Under the pieces are notes generated by a model. It made no database searches, was not told the origin of the DNA, and saw nothing but the letters and a program-made list of their open reading frames with translations. A DNA stretch of 63,917 bases, filler included. It is 5 parts of 5 records of this genome, joined end to end, with 100 filler letters (N's around TTAATTAATTAA, not from the genome) between each part and the next. Parts side by side here need not be neighbours in the genome. Positions count along the whole stretch, not along the records: positions 33,649 to 50,207 come from SRR20825019_122; positions 50,308 to 58,589 come from SRR20825019_130; 3 more parts are not named here. The stretch is one strand, 5' to 3'. The translations under genes were made by a program, and so were the position numbers. Of this stretch, positions 38,101 through 50,886 are shown piece after piece (positions within the stretch are counted from its first letter, which is position 1; the number at the start of each line of letters is the position of its first letter).

Positions 38101-41100
38101 AGTCCACTAAGCTATTCATTGAGAAAGGAGCAGTTGCGTTCCAGGTCGACAAGAACGGCAGATCAGCTTTCCATGAGGCAGCAAGGATGGGCAATGCCCA
38201 AGTTCTGAAGGTTCTGATCCAGCACCTAGACATTGTTCTGAAAAGTGGAGACGAAGAAAATAGGCAACACGTGATTGACGTATTCACGGGGGTAGACAAG
38301 CTGGGAATGACTCCCCTCATGATTGCCGTCTTGGCGAAGCGACATGAGTGCACGCATCTATTTTTGTCTCATCCGTTGTGCAATCTTGCTATTGACAGTG
38401 AACGAGGATCCCTTCTGCACCTTCTCATCGAGATGTGCGCCGAACATGGGGAAGATGAAGGATATTTATATGTCTTATCCGTGCTGTCTGCTCATGCACG
38501 AGGGCGGTCAATGCGAAATGGTCAGGGCCAAAGCCCGTATGAAATGGCACTTCAACACGGCCTTCATAAATGCCAATCCGTGCTTCTGGAGTCGCAGACA
38601 GGGGATAGGGAAGTATGGATCACTGGCCTCTCCGGGCCAGGTCTTCATGAGGCTGACAAGATCCGCGTGGAGGAAATACTTGAGGAGAGAGTGCGTGTCA
38701 AACAAGAAGAAATCGAGATGAATGATGCCGAACAGGAAAAACTCCAGATGGACAACGTCATGTTCAGCGTTGAAGAAGCGGGGCCTATCACAGGACGTAG
38801 TACACGATCTGATAGAACCTCGGAGTTTGGTACTGAAGAAGATGACGAGAATTGGATGTTCACATTGGATGATGATTTTGGTTTCTCAAAAGACGATATT
38901 TCGGCGATTGTCTCGAAGTCTCGTAAGAAGAAAGCAAAGGTTGCCAAGAAAACCGAAGGAGCGACGCTGGAGGAAGTCGAAAAGGAGGAAGACCACCGAG
39001 AGATAACAGAGGACCCAGAGTTGGTGGCAATAGAAGAAGCTCGGGACCCCGTTAACTTGGCTTTTATGCTCATCGACGAGGAACTTCAGGACCATGTTGC
39101 TTTGGGGATGATGATAGAGCACAACCCGCATCTAGACATCAAGAATAGCTCTGGTGATACCATCTTCCACCTTGCTGTTAAATATGACGCCATCGACTTC
39201 CTGTGCGTCTTGGTAGGAGCAATCAATGACTTCAAGGTTCCCCTCGATCTTGTCGACGAACCCGATGCCGATGGAAACACGCCCTTTTTTATTGCTGTCA
39301 AAAATAACAGGCATGAAGCGGTTGTTGCTCTGCTCGACTGCCCGGGTGTAGACATGAACAAGTATTTTGACCACGGCCGGACTGCTCTTCATTATGCGCT
39401 AGCTGAGGGCTACGTTGATCTTGCTTCGAATATCATGGACTACATCCATCGGGAAAAGTTGAGATTTGACCCATGTATCAAAGACCAGTCGGGCGATACC
39501 GCTCTACTTGCGGCAATTCGCGCGGGCGAGAGCGCTATCGTGGCGAAAATGCTCTCAGTTCGTATCCCCCACCCCCCTGATCTTACACATTGCGGACCGG
39601 ACCAATTTAGTGTTCTCCACACCGCGCTAAAATGCTCGCCAGAATTAGTGGAGCTCATTCTTTCCATGACGTTAAAGTGGAAATTGGAAATAGATGTGAA
39701 CTCTAGAAACCCGGAGTCATACACACCCCTGGCCATGCTTGTTGACAAGAATCTATCGCAGTGCATCAAGTACATATGCCGCTTTGAGGGAATCAAGGTC
39801 AATGTGCAGAACGGCCCCATGATGCCAGGGAATGCACTGCAGTACGCTTTAAAAACGTGGGACGACGACAGTCGATGTGCATGCGCTCTTCTCGATGCGT
39901 GCCTCGCGAATTCACTTTTCATAGATGTCCGCATGCTCGACCCAGATGGTGTTGTTCCGATCGTACGTGCGATAATGAACAATCAGCCTGAAGTCCTTTT
40001 GAAGATTCTGAAGTTCAACGTAAACCTTGATGAGGCCCTGGATGAAGCCTCCATCCTTGAAGTAGCAATCAAGACAAATGAAGATCCTTATTGCGCGGTA
40101 CATCTTCTTGAGGAGGCTGCCAAGAATCGCCTCTCCATTGACGTGGAACTAAGGAATGCGGATGGGGTGACCCCTCTGGGGTTGTGTGTTGAACTAAATC
40201 AACCCAAGATTGCAGCGGCATTGATGATCCACAACCCGGATGCGGAGGCCTCTGTCAACCTGGAGACCTCCTTGTGCCCTGCACAGGCAGCCATGCTGGA
40301 GAGAAAACCTGAAGTTGCTGCTGCTATCTTCCGCGAGGCAGCAAAGAAGAGGATTGCTGTGCTGGACCCGAATCGGTACGATGAGGAGGGGTACACATAT
40401 CTTCACCGCGCGGTTGAATGGGACCATGTGGTGGTTATAGATGCCCTTGCTGGTTTTGGTCCTAGGTTGAACATCAATGCCCCTCTTCAAGACAGTGCGA
40501 AAAGTCTCACGACACCGTTACAGATGGCTATTATGGCTTGTGATCCCCAGAAGCCGCGAGAGGAATGGAGGGAGGCGGCAGCTGTGGCTATAATGAACGC
40601 GTCTTTAAGGAATCGCATCCCATTGAATCTCGGCATCAAGAATAGATCCGGGCTGAAGCTAATCCATATGGCGGCCGCTAACAATCTTGACAAGCTAATG
40701 GAAAAATTATTAGACTTTAACGAAATCGATGTTAATGCGTACACCAGTGATGTTCGCTCGGCTCTTCAAATTGCTGTGTGCGCGCACGAAAATCCAGTTT
40801 GTGCTCTTGCCATGCTGCAGCGCTGCCTTGAGCGGAAGCATGCCCTCCATGTCAACCAAGTCTGCATTGCTCCTGGGTTCGAAAAACAGTCGTTGATACA
40901 CTATGCTGTAGCCAAGAATTATGTGGAGATGGTGTCGTTGATGTTGTGTTTCAAGATCCGGATTGACGGTGACACTGACGATGCGTCGCCGATACATGTT
41001 GCACTGCGATGCCATCCCAAGGACGATCGTTGTGCGAAAACGATCTTGCGTAGAGCACTAAGTTTGAAGCTTGCTGTCAGCAGCAATCTGTGCGACCGAG

Positions 41101-44100
41101 ACGGATATACCCCTCTTCACCTTGCCATCAAGAATAATCAAGTCTCTGTGGTAGAGCTTTTACTGAAATTGCCTAACATTGAGGTCAACAAACAGGACGA
41201 GGCAATTACCAAGAATACCCCGTTTTTGCAGGCCTTGCTTCGGGCGTCTTCGGACCAGGACTGCGCCATCAAGATGATAGAGGCCGAACGGCTAGAGAAT
41301 TCCCGTGTTCACATTGGCTATAACATTGAGAATGCCCAGAAAGTTAGACCAATTCACGCTATCATTGAAAATGAAAGAGCCGATGTTCTCGCCTCTATTC
41401 TCGAGACGCGCAAGGTGGAGGTGAATTGCCCGCACCCGGTTTCGGGCAAGCCGCCTCTATTCATGGCTCTGACTGAATGCAACAAGCCTTTCTGTGCTGC
41501 GACTCTGCTCAATCGAGCTATCAACAAAGGGATCGACATAGATGTGTCGACATTTTTCGACGGAATGGCACCCCTTCATCTTGCAATGAAACGCAAATGG
41601 AAGGACGTTGTGACTTTGTTGCTACGCTTCAGAGACACAGACCCAGACGCGTACAGTGATGAGAAGGGGTACAGTGCGATGCACTTTGCCGTGTTCTCGG
41701 ACTTCCCCGACGGAATATCTGCAATGTATAAGCGGGACCGAGGTGTAACTCGGGGGAGATTTCCTTGGCATGACCCACCGACACCCTACCAAAGTTCTTT
41801 TGGGTTTCGCCTACCTAAGAAATCAACGTTAGAAAAGGTGTTCTTTGACAAAAAGTGCGTCGACTTGAATCAATACGACTTCTTTGGGCAGTCGCCGCTG
41901 TATTATTCCATCGTTCAAGGGAAATTTGATTGCATGGGGAGGCTGCTTGACTTCACGCGCACCATTGATATCGAATGTGTTGATGAGGAAGGCAAGAGTG
42001 GATTGCAGGTCGCATGCAGTGATGTCAAAGGAGATAACTCCGTGCATATACGTGAATTCATCGAGAAAGCATCCCGCCGCGGTCTCATAGTCAATGTCAA
42101 CAAGAAGACTCACACTGGAGAACCTCCTTTGAACAGAGCTGTGCGATTGGAGCAGATATCTGTTATCAACGTTCTCCTCAACTTCCAAGGAATTGACATT
42201 TCTGCCTACGACGCCCTTGGCCGCACCGCGCTGGAGGTTGCTCTCAGAATCCGAGAGTACCGAACGGTTAGCATAGACCGCAATCGGGAAAAGGCCGAGC
42301 AGCACATTAAGCAACTTGCTAATGTTGAGGAATTTTCACATTGGTTTGCAGATGCTATTTTGGAAGAATCTTTGGATATTGTGAATCAAGAAGAAGTCCA
42401 TGAAAGCACCTTTGCAAACCTTATTCTTACTGCAGTTGGCAAGGGGAAGTTGTCACTTGATGTCAATGCACGTGACAGTGAGGGCCTGTTCCCACTCACA
42501 CGCGCCATCAGAAACGGGTGGACGGAGACTGTGAAAATTCTCCTCGAGAACAGAACAATCATTATACAACAACCTGATCGTTTCCGCATGACTCCACTGG
42601 AGACGGCTATGCACGATGAGCATGGAGATGAAAGTTGTGCCATTGCCATTATCAAACTCTCAATTGCAAGTCCCTACTTGAAAATCGACATCAACCAACT
42701 AGACGAGAAAGGAATCCCGCCAATTCTCAATGCTGTCTATTGCCGCAAACCCAACACTCTCAGGGAGCTCCTCCTCTATCCCAACATTGATGTAAACGTC
42801 AAGAGCAATGGCGGAAAGACCCCTATTTTCGAAGCTGTTAAGATGGATGGGAATGAGTTGGATGATGAATGTGCACGGACTATTCTCGAAGAGGGCCGAG
42901 CAAATGTGAAGCTTGGCCTTGACGTCAATACCCGTGACCGCCACGATAATACTTTGCTGCACCACGTTATTCTCTGTAACAAGATGGCTCTCCTTCATCC
43001 TCTCCTGGAGTTTCCGGAGCTGGATGTAAACGCGCGAAACGGGGAAGGGCTTCCACCCTTAGAGATAATGCTCTTGAAGCCATCATCCTCTGTTGATGTC
43101 ACGAAAGGCAATGCAAACTTCGCGCTTGCCATTGATTTCTTGAAACTTGCAAATCAGAAGAAGCACAACCTGGATCCGAATATCACCCTGTCAAACGGAT
43201 CCACAACCCTGATACACTCCATACACTGCCGTCAGCTTGAGGTCTTCAAGCTCTTGATGAATGTGAGGGGGATCGACATCAATAAGCAAAATTCTTCTGG
43301 TGAGACTGCTTTACATGTTGCGATCTGTATTCCAGACCCTGCAGAAGCTGTGGCGTTTGCTTGCGCGGCACTTGAAAAAGGCTATGCTGATTCCCACATC
43401 AACCTGGACTACAATATGCGAATGCCATCCGGCGATGCTCCTATTCACATGGCGACACGCTTGAGGTACTATTCTGTGATTACCTGCCTCCTACGATTCG
43501 GCGGCATTGAGGTGAACACAAGGGACCAGGATGGCTACCCCCTCTTGTTCCTGCCGGTGTTCAATTCGGATCAAAAAGCACTTGAAATGATCATGGCCAA
43601 TGACCTACTCGACCTCAACTTGGTCGACGGTAGCGGTTATAGCGTCCTACACAGGTGTGTTTTGCACAAGGATGGAGTGCAATACGAAATGATTGAGGAG
43701 ATCCTCCGGCGCGGTGACCACGAAGATGCTTACCTCCGCTTCAACGTGAATCACCCCGACCCAGACGGTCACCCATGTTTGTATTATGCCATCATGAACA
43801 ACGACTTCAGGCTGGTACAAACTCTTTTAGCGTATAGATCCATTGATTTGCAACGACAGGACGTCAATGACCAAACTGCTTTGTCTCTAGCAGTACAGGC
43901 TCAGAATGTAGGCGATGTTCGAATTGTAGAGGCTGTACTGGACAAAGCAATAGAAGGGCTCCCTTGCAACCCCAACCGTGCCAATTATGATGGATGGACG
44001 CCACTACAAAAGTATATGGCAAACAAAGAAAACGAAGAGGAGGAGACTATACTTCGACTCTGTGACAAACTCTTGAATCTGAAGGTGGATCTGTCTGTGC

Positions 44101-46781
44101 CAGATCCTGATGGACGGTCGGCGTTGACTATAGCAATACTGTGGTACCCAGATAAGAGTCTCGCTGAAAGGATTGTACGTCTAATGCATGAAGCAAAGCA
44201 AATTCCTCTCAGCATCAACTCAATGTTCCATCATGCTATTAAGGGAAATCATTTAGAGCTTGCACAGGCTCTCTTTGATGTGGGCCGCCTCGACAAAGGG
44301 ACGACTGAACAGTGGAGGCAGCTGGTGTGGATGTCGTGCGAGTTTTCGGACGATCCTCGTATGTTCTGCCTGGTTATGAAGAAACTATATAGTGACTATG
44401 GCACACATCTCAACATGGACTTCCCCGCTTGCAAGGGAGCGCACATATCGCTTGGTCGGATGGCGGCGATGTATGCCGTCTTGTTGAACCTGCCGGAGAC
44501 TTTGAGCATTTGTCTGAAATCATTTGGCGCCAACAAGCGAAACAACAGAGTGAAAGATTATTCTACTGGTTTGTCTGTCGATGATGCCAATAATGGCTTC
44601 ATCTTTCTTCCTCCAGGACAAGAACCTGCTGAACTCCCTGTGAGAACTGATGTGGGTTTGCTTCAAATGGCAGTAGACACGGAATTCGAGGAATGCGCCA
44701 AAATTCTTATTATTGATGGACGCGAACTGCTCAAATCAGATTCGACCGGTGACACGGCGCTCCATGTTAGTGCAACAAGGAAGCGCCTTTTCTCCCTTAC
44801 AGTAATGGAACATGCCTTAAAGCAAGGCGAGGATGTCCTGGATTCACAGTTAAAGAAATGGAACGCAAAGGGATATGCTGCTATCCATTTAGCAGCTAAG
44901 GACGCCAACACAATAACTGTCATAGATATGATCGAGGCTGGAGCCGAAGTAGACATGTTGGATCGCCGAGGGGATACTCCACTAATTCATGCAAGCAAAA
45001 GGGGAAGCTACGGAACAGTGAAGGCTCTTCTCGAACGAGGTGCCGCAGTCAACCATCAAAACCATCTCGAAAGGACCGCTCTGCATGTGGGAGTGCTCAA
45101 CGAGAATCAGCGCATTGTAGACCTTCTCATTGACTACGGCGCCGATCCATTTATTTACGACTACAAACTAGAGCCCCCCGTCTTCTATGCTACGAAAGAG
45201 ATCAAAGAATACCTCCGATTCAAGATGTTTGAGGATCGCCTTCCTATGTGTGTGACCATCGTCTATTGTAGCGAGTGCGAGAAGCACCATGATTGGCACA
45301 CACGCCATACGAGCAAGGAGTATCTCGACCGTGCCAAGCTAACAGAGGAGCGAATCCGCGAGGAGTTTCCTTATATCGATGTAATCCTACAACCTCTTAT
45401 TGAGGCTGATCTATTGCGCCTTCCTCCCGACACCCGATTCGGGGCCTTTGAGTTGTACTGGGATGACAATCAAGGCGGCCACCGCTGCTTGTTCAAGGCC
45501 TCGGCCAAAACGAGCAAGTTTGTGAGCCTGAAGAACCTCCCAGATATTCTGGTGAGGGCGCTGGTGGCGATTCACCACGGGGGGGAGCTTGTAAGTAAGG
45601 CTGCGGAAGACATGCTGAGTGACGAAGAAAGGGAGGAGCAGGAAAGGAAGCTCAAGAAAGATTTCTTCAATCCGAATAAGAAGGCCGTTGAGCCGCCTCC
45701 TACCGGAAAGCGATCGTGCAAGTGCGCGGAGCTTGGCTGCAAGAAACCAACAGTCGCTGATATTTTGGGAAAGAACAAGGAGAAGAATATCGATTACTCT
45801 TACAACTATGGTGTGGAGGACTCAACGCTTTCAGGAGAGTATCTACCCGACAACTTGGTCAATCCCAGCCATGCTGATGCCGATGATCTGCCGCCTGTGG
45901 TGGGTCCGGGTGGCCGCCCTGTATCTGTTCAAGGTTCTAAGGAGAGTGTAGGACACCTTGAAGATATGTCGCTGAGTACCATAGGGGCCGAACCTCCCGA
46001 CTTGCGTCCCAGCAGCCGCCAGGGGTCGCCCCAGGGGCGTGTTAGGGCGCATAATGCCAGAATTTTCGATCCGACTGTCCTTTCGAAGGAGTTTTCCGTG
46101 CAGGAGCCTAAACGCGTACTGTCACCGCCGCAGCGGTTGCCGGCGTTCCACAAGAAAACCGACATTTTGGATGGGATCAGAGACAGTGGCAGCATGCTGG
46201 CACTCCTGGAGACCATAATGTCCAAGGGAACTGAGAAGGCATTCAAGCAGGCAGACAAGATGCGGAAAAAGAACGCAGAGAGACAGAGCAGCATGGATGC
46301 GACTCAGGAGGTTGAGCGCCCATCTGAATTGGAGGGAGGTGTTCGGGAGTCTCGCAAAAGTGGGAATGAGATGATTGTTCAGCCGCCACGAAGTGTGAGA
46401 AAAGAGATGAAGGGTATCTACCAATTATCAGCCAAGTCAGCAACATACCAGGCAGTTCCTTCGGCAATGCGTAACCTCGTTACAGAACGCGGTGGTCTGA
46501 CATGGATCAACAAGAAGATAACGGACAAGGGCGCACTAGGCGTGATCCCAATGGAAAGCGATAGGCGTGAAAGACTGAAGAGTGCATCATCGTCCCGGTC
46601 TGGGGCGCGGAGCGCAAAATCCACGCGAAGCTCCCGTTCCAGTAGGTCAGGTATAGGAAGAGAGACGTCAACTGCATGGGGAGAGAACTCCCAACCTAAT
46701 GTGAAACAGGCAGCCTCTGCATTCCCATACAATGTTCCGAATGCAAAGTCCGCAATGAGGCAACACAACACTGTCGAATAA
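35104..46781 (+). CDS. Giant ankyrin-repeat protein, predicted join(35104..35403,35520..46781), ~3853 aa
   Basis: 11.3-kb stop-free frame with dozens of GxTPLH/TALH...DVN repeats. The upstream 100-codon ORF ends at AAG|GTAAGG and splices in frame. Confidence 0.88.
35404..35519 (+). other. Predicted phase-0 GT-AG intron (116 nt)
   Basis: Donor GTAAGG; AT-rich with in-frame stops; acceptor AAG at 35517-35519 restores the frame. An alternative in-frame AG lies at 35525. Confidence 0.65.
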
Positions 46782-46796
46782 ACCTCCTTTAAGCGT

Positions 46797-49700
46797 TTAC
46801 TGCTGTGGCTGCATGAATTGGTCTTCCTCGACGAATGCCTGAGCAATCCGAAATTCGGCTGGTGTTAAGAGGGCATACATCCTATTCGGGACCAAGTTGG
46901 ACCCGGCAAGTGAAGCAGGTGCCAGCGATCTGAAGAGATACTCACGGGCATCCGGAGATGGGAAGACTCTCCCCTCCTTACCCTGACTAGAGGATTTCCC
47001 CATACAGAAAATCTCGCGGAGACATCGCCTTTCCTCCTCCGTCTTAACAGCAGCTTCTGTCGAATCCATCAGGTCGTTTACAATGCGGAACTCTCCTCGT
47101 AGCTGCAGTCACAAGTCAAATCTCAGTCAAACCGCATACACACCATCGTACCTTCTCCAGTAGCGACATGGCTCTCATGCTCATGCACTCAGTTTCGGCC
47201 AAGGCGTCGGTGAATTCCTCTGCAACAGCTGCGGCCGGCACTTCCTCGTCCAGTGCCCTCATGACATCTGCGAGGCCGCTCGTGTGCCTGGCCACAACGG
47301 GAAGCTTGTTAGATGGCAGATTCGTCAAGAAATTGACGGTGGACCGCAGAACAATATCCAGCAGCTGATCCAATAATTCCTCGGGAAAAATATTCTCGAG
47401 GAAGTGGAACACGACTTCCGCTTCTTTCTCGTGATCAAATAGCGGCCTTTGAAGAACCGCCATAAGCGGAACAGCAGACTCCCAACATTGCTTCCATATG
47501 TTATTGTCTCCGCGCATCCTGTTGCTTACATAGCCTAAGCCGGGAATATCAAGCTCATCATCCGGGACATCGGGCCACGGAGAAGCACTCCAGTCGCGAG
47601 GAGAGTGCCACCGGATGAAGTCGTGGATGCAACAATCAGGATTAGCTCCCTTGAATGCCTGCATATCAGAAACCAACTGCGCGCTTTGCAACCTGGCACG
47701 AATTTGAGCAGCTTCTGCAGATTCCCCCAGCTGAGTGAAGGCGTCTTGCTGTTGCCGTATGGTGTCCATAGTCATCGGCACGTCTCCCTGAGTCCTGGGC
47801 TCCCATAAAAGGTAGTTGGTATTTACGCTGAACAGCCCTGGCAATGGTTTCATGTGACCTTTTCTCCTATTGAAATACTCATCAGGTTCCGCCACCTTCT
47901 TCTCAAGGGGAAGCTCATAGATGTGTTGGTGTGCTCGTGGAGTATCGGCGGAGGGAGTTGCAAAGTCGGCTGGGTTGCATTGCGGTGATTGCTCTGGTGT
48001 TGCAATCACCGGGGTTGCGTCACGATCCTCCAATTTTCTTGCGGGGGTGGCTTGAACAGATTCGGTCTCGCTGGCAGTGCCGGCATCATCTTCGCAATCA
48101 AAAAAGTCGTCTTCTTCACTGTCCCCGCCGGATTTACCTCCAGCACGAGGAGATGCTTCATCTCCAAATATATCGTCATCTCCAACATCCCACCCTTCCC
48201 CGGCCTCTCCGTCCATTCCCAGGTCAGCCGCCGCATCCGCAATTGACGTTGCTTTTGCTTCCTCAGCGCCGATATTTTCCCCAAATCGAACTACCCTCCC
48301 TGGTGGCGATGTCGACGCTTCCCCTTGATCCTCGTCTTCGCTAGCTTTTTTCTCCTCGGAGGCTTCGTCGGACTCCTTGGGAACGTTCTGTTTGTAAAGC
48401 AACATACGCGAAATGCAAATATTTAGCATAGTCACTTTTTGAAATAGAAGGTTTGTGCTAAGGTCCAACTTCAAGGCGCAACGGCGTAGCGGAACCCCAT
48501 TCTCCCAATGCCACCTCAATTCTTTCACAAACTCCCTCCACAACACAGCCATAGGCCGGATATTACCAAGAGATCCCATTTTCATTGCAAATACAGCTAG
48601 TAAAGAATTGTCATACATTCTCCATCTTGGCCTGGATTCTGAATCATCCTCTGTAGATTCATCGTGTTCGTCCATTCCAAAGTTCGAATCAAATATTTCC
48701 CCCATTGTTTCATCAATTCTTGCGGCGGTGGTCCGTCGTTTCAGAAGTTGGCTTTGCATCGTCCTTCCAATAGACCCTAGTGCGTGAAGAAACTGGGACT
48801 GAGGATCCTCACCTGCCCCCAGAAAATCGTTCATAGACGCAGCACCCTTAGAACTCGAAATTGCACCTCGTAGAGCATCTATGCAGCCGGCATATGCGCA
48901 AGAGATTTCTTTGTAATATTTGCAGCGCAAGGCCCAAAATGGGGCCGTCCCACTCTCTAGTTGTGTATACACAGAATTCTCGACAAGCGATGGCGAGGGG
49001 AAGTGCAACCACGACGTAGCAAGGTTAATGGTCTCGACCGGATCATCGTCCGGTTCCCATAAACACCCGCCAACTGTTGGCACCCAGTTAATTCGATGCT
49101 GGCGCTTCCGTAGCAGTGTACCAAGGTCTTCTTCTTCTTCATACATCTCTCCGTCATACTCGTCAGCTTCGGGCAAGGAATACTCGCTCTTATATGTGAA
49201 TCTCACGGACACACTTACTTTCTCTTGGAGAGCATTCGATAGGCCTAGTTTGGAGGAGAACAAGTCGAGCAGGCCAGATAAGTGCTGGTATGAAGGAGAC
49301 GCGGTGTCTAGACTGTCAGAACGGTATCGGATGCCCACTGATGGCGCGTCAAAGAACCCTAATATTGTGCCATCCTGCTCCTCAAAAACGTGCACAAAGC
49401 ACGGAAGGGGGAGGTGGCAGTTCTGGCAAGCCACGTTGAGAGCCCCGAGGAGCATGGAGGCCTCGCCACGTTCCACAGCTGCGGATCCCAGCGGCTTCAA
49501 CATGACATAGCTTGTTACACCAAACCACCTCTGCAGGCGCCCCAGCTGGGCACTGAAGTCTGTGAGTTGCCCATATGTTTCTAGTCGACCGTTAAGTCCT
49601 TTCTCATCAATGAGAAGGGTGGTATCATCCACGTGTCCAATCAGCTCGTATGACTGTCCTCCGTGAGAGACTACCTCCTTTAGAGAGTTTGCGAGCTTTC

Positions 49701-49902
49701 CGTCCATATTTCCGTCCTCATCTTCAACACTTCTCCCCGCTTCTCCAAGCTCAGCCCAGCTATCGCTCCACTGTCTAATTGACTCCTCGAGCTTTGCACA
49801 AAATCTTTCCCAGGGCGTTGCAGTGGTGAAGTCGTTGATCTCGAAAACCTCGTCGTCGTCGCCCTCTTGGGGAAAGTTATCGAGGGCTGCACCTCCTGAC
49901 AT
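46797..49902 (-). CDS. RAB3GAP1: Rab3 GTPase-activating protein catalytic subunit, complement(join(46797..47102,47152..49902)), ~1018 aa
   Basis: VFEINDFTTATPWERF, LWREFVKELRWHWE, SDMQAFKGANPDCCIHDFIRWHSPRDW and C-terminal REYLFR...NRMYALL...FRIA. Two ORFs are joined by one intron. Confidence 0.93.
47103..47151 (-). other. Predicted phase-0 GT-AG intron (49 nt)
   Basis: AAG|GTACGA...TGCAG|CTA joins SLLEK to LRGEFRIVNDLM in frame. Confidence 0.88.
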
Positions 49903-50207
49903 GCTTTCACAGGTATAACTGCAAAGGATATGGGGACCCTAGAAATATTTAGGATACGCAAGCCAGTTGTTGGCTTCAGGCAGGTAGTCTACCGCAGTTC
50001 AACTACTGCTGTCTGGCATATGCCTAAACCTGCCTTGCTCCAAATGTCGGTTTGGTATGGTTGCACCTGACGAAATTCGTCGAAGCGGTTACGTGACTGC
50101 GTGGACCTGTTCAGTTGCCATGTGCACATGCCACCAGTGGGCCCATAGCTGATAAGCAAGGCTACCTGTGGCAAGTGCCCGGCGGGTTGGGAGGGGGGGG
50201 GGGGGGG

Positions 50208-50307
50208 NNNNNNNNNNNNNNNNNNNNNNNNNNNNNNNNNNNNNNNNNNNNTTAATTAATTAANNNNNNNNNNNNNNNNNNNNNNNNNNNNNNNNNNNNN
50301 NNNNNNN
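50208..50307. other. Artificial contig spacer
   Basis: N-run, TTAATTAATTAA, N-run. Confidence 0.99.
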
Positions 50308-50808
50308 TGGATTGTCGACTTCCCGTTCTATGAATGGAATGAAGACGAAAAACACATCGATTTCGCCCATAACCCGTTCTCAATGCCGCAGGGTGGACGG
50401 GAAGCGCTGGAGGCCGCGGAAGGTGATGAAGGTCTTCTGGCACTGAAGGCTTTCCAGTACGATATGGTTTGTAACGGCTTCGAAATCGCTTCAGGCGGTA
50501 TCCGTAACCACTCGCCGGAAACCATGGTCGCAGCTTTTGGCCATGCCGGGCTGGGTGCAGAGGTCGTGGAAGAGCGTTTCGGTGGTCTTTACCGCGCGTT
50601 CCAGTATGGCGTTCCGCCACATGGCGGCATGGCTGCCGGTATCGACCGTATTGTGATGCTGCTCGTCGGCGCGAAGAACCTGCGCGAGGTTACGCTGTTC
50701 CCGATGAACCAGCAGGCCCAGGATCTGCTGATGAGTGCACCGGCAGAGGCAAGTCCGGCGCAGCTGCGTGAACTTGGCCTGCGCATTCTGCCACAAAAGA
50801 AAGACTGA
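50308..50808 (+). CDS. aspS: Aspartate--tRNA ligase, C-terminal fragment
   Basis: [29 protein letters not shown] and motif 3 [12 protein letters not shown]. Confidence 0.96.
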   Translation, partial: WIVDFPFYEWNEDEKHIDFAHNPFSMPQGGREALEAAEGDEGLLALKAFQYDMVCNGFEIASGGIRNHSPETMVAAFGHAGLGAEVVEERFGGLYRAFQYGVPPHGGMAAGIDRIVMLLVGAKNLREVTLFPMNQQAQDLLMSAPAEASPAQLRELGLRILPQKKD

Positions 50809-50829
50809 TTTTTCTGTCTTTGATCCATT

Positions 50830-50867
50830 AAAAAAGCCCCGGCGGTTCGTTCTGCCGGGGCTTGTTT
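50830..50867. terminator. Bidirectional intrinsic terminator
   Basis: AAAAAAGCCCCGGC...GCCGGGGCTTGTTT between convergent genes. Confidence 0.85.
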
Positions 50868-50886
50868 GAATTTTCCGGTATCAATC

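Noticed and set aside
45267-45278. Selenoprotein (CxxU) with a SECIS element
   Set aside because: The codons are TGT and TGC, and there is no in-frame TGA.
35104-46781. Giant-virus or endosymbiont origin for the ankyrin gene
   Set aside because: It is flanked by Rab3GAP1 and a nucleolar gene with similar composition, and GT-AG introns are predicted, which fits a nuclear locus.
50193-50207. Poly-G as a G-quadruplex or telomere
   Set aside because: A 15-nt G run at a contig end is typical of a two-colour sequencing artefact.
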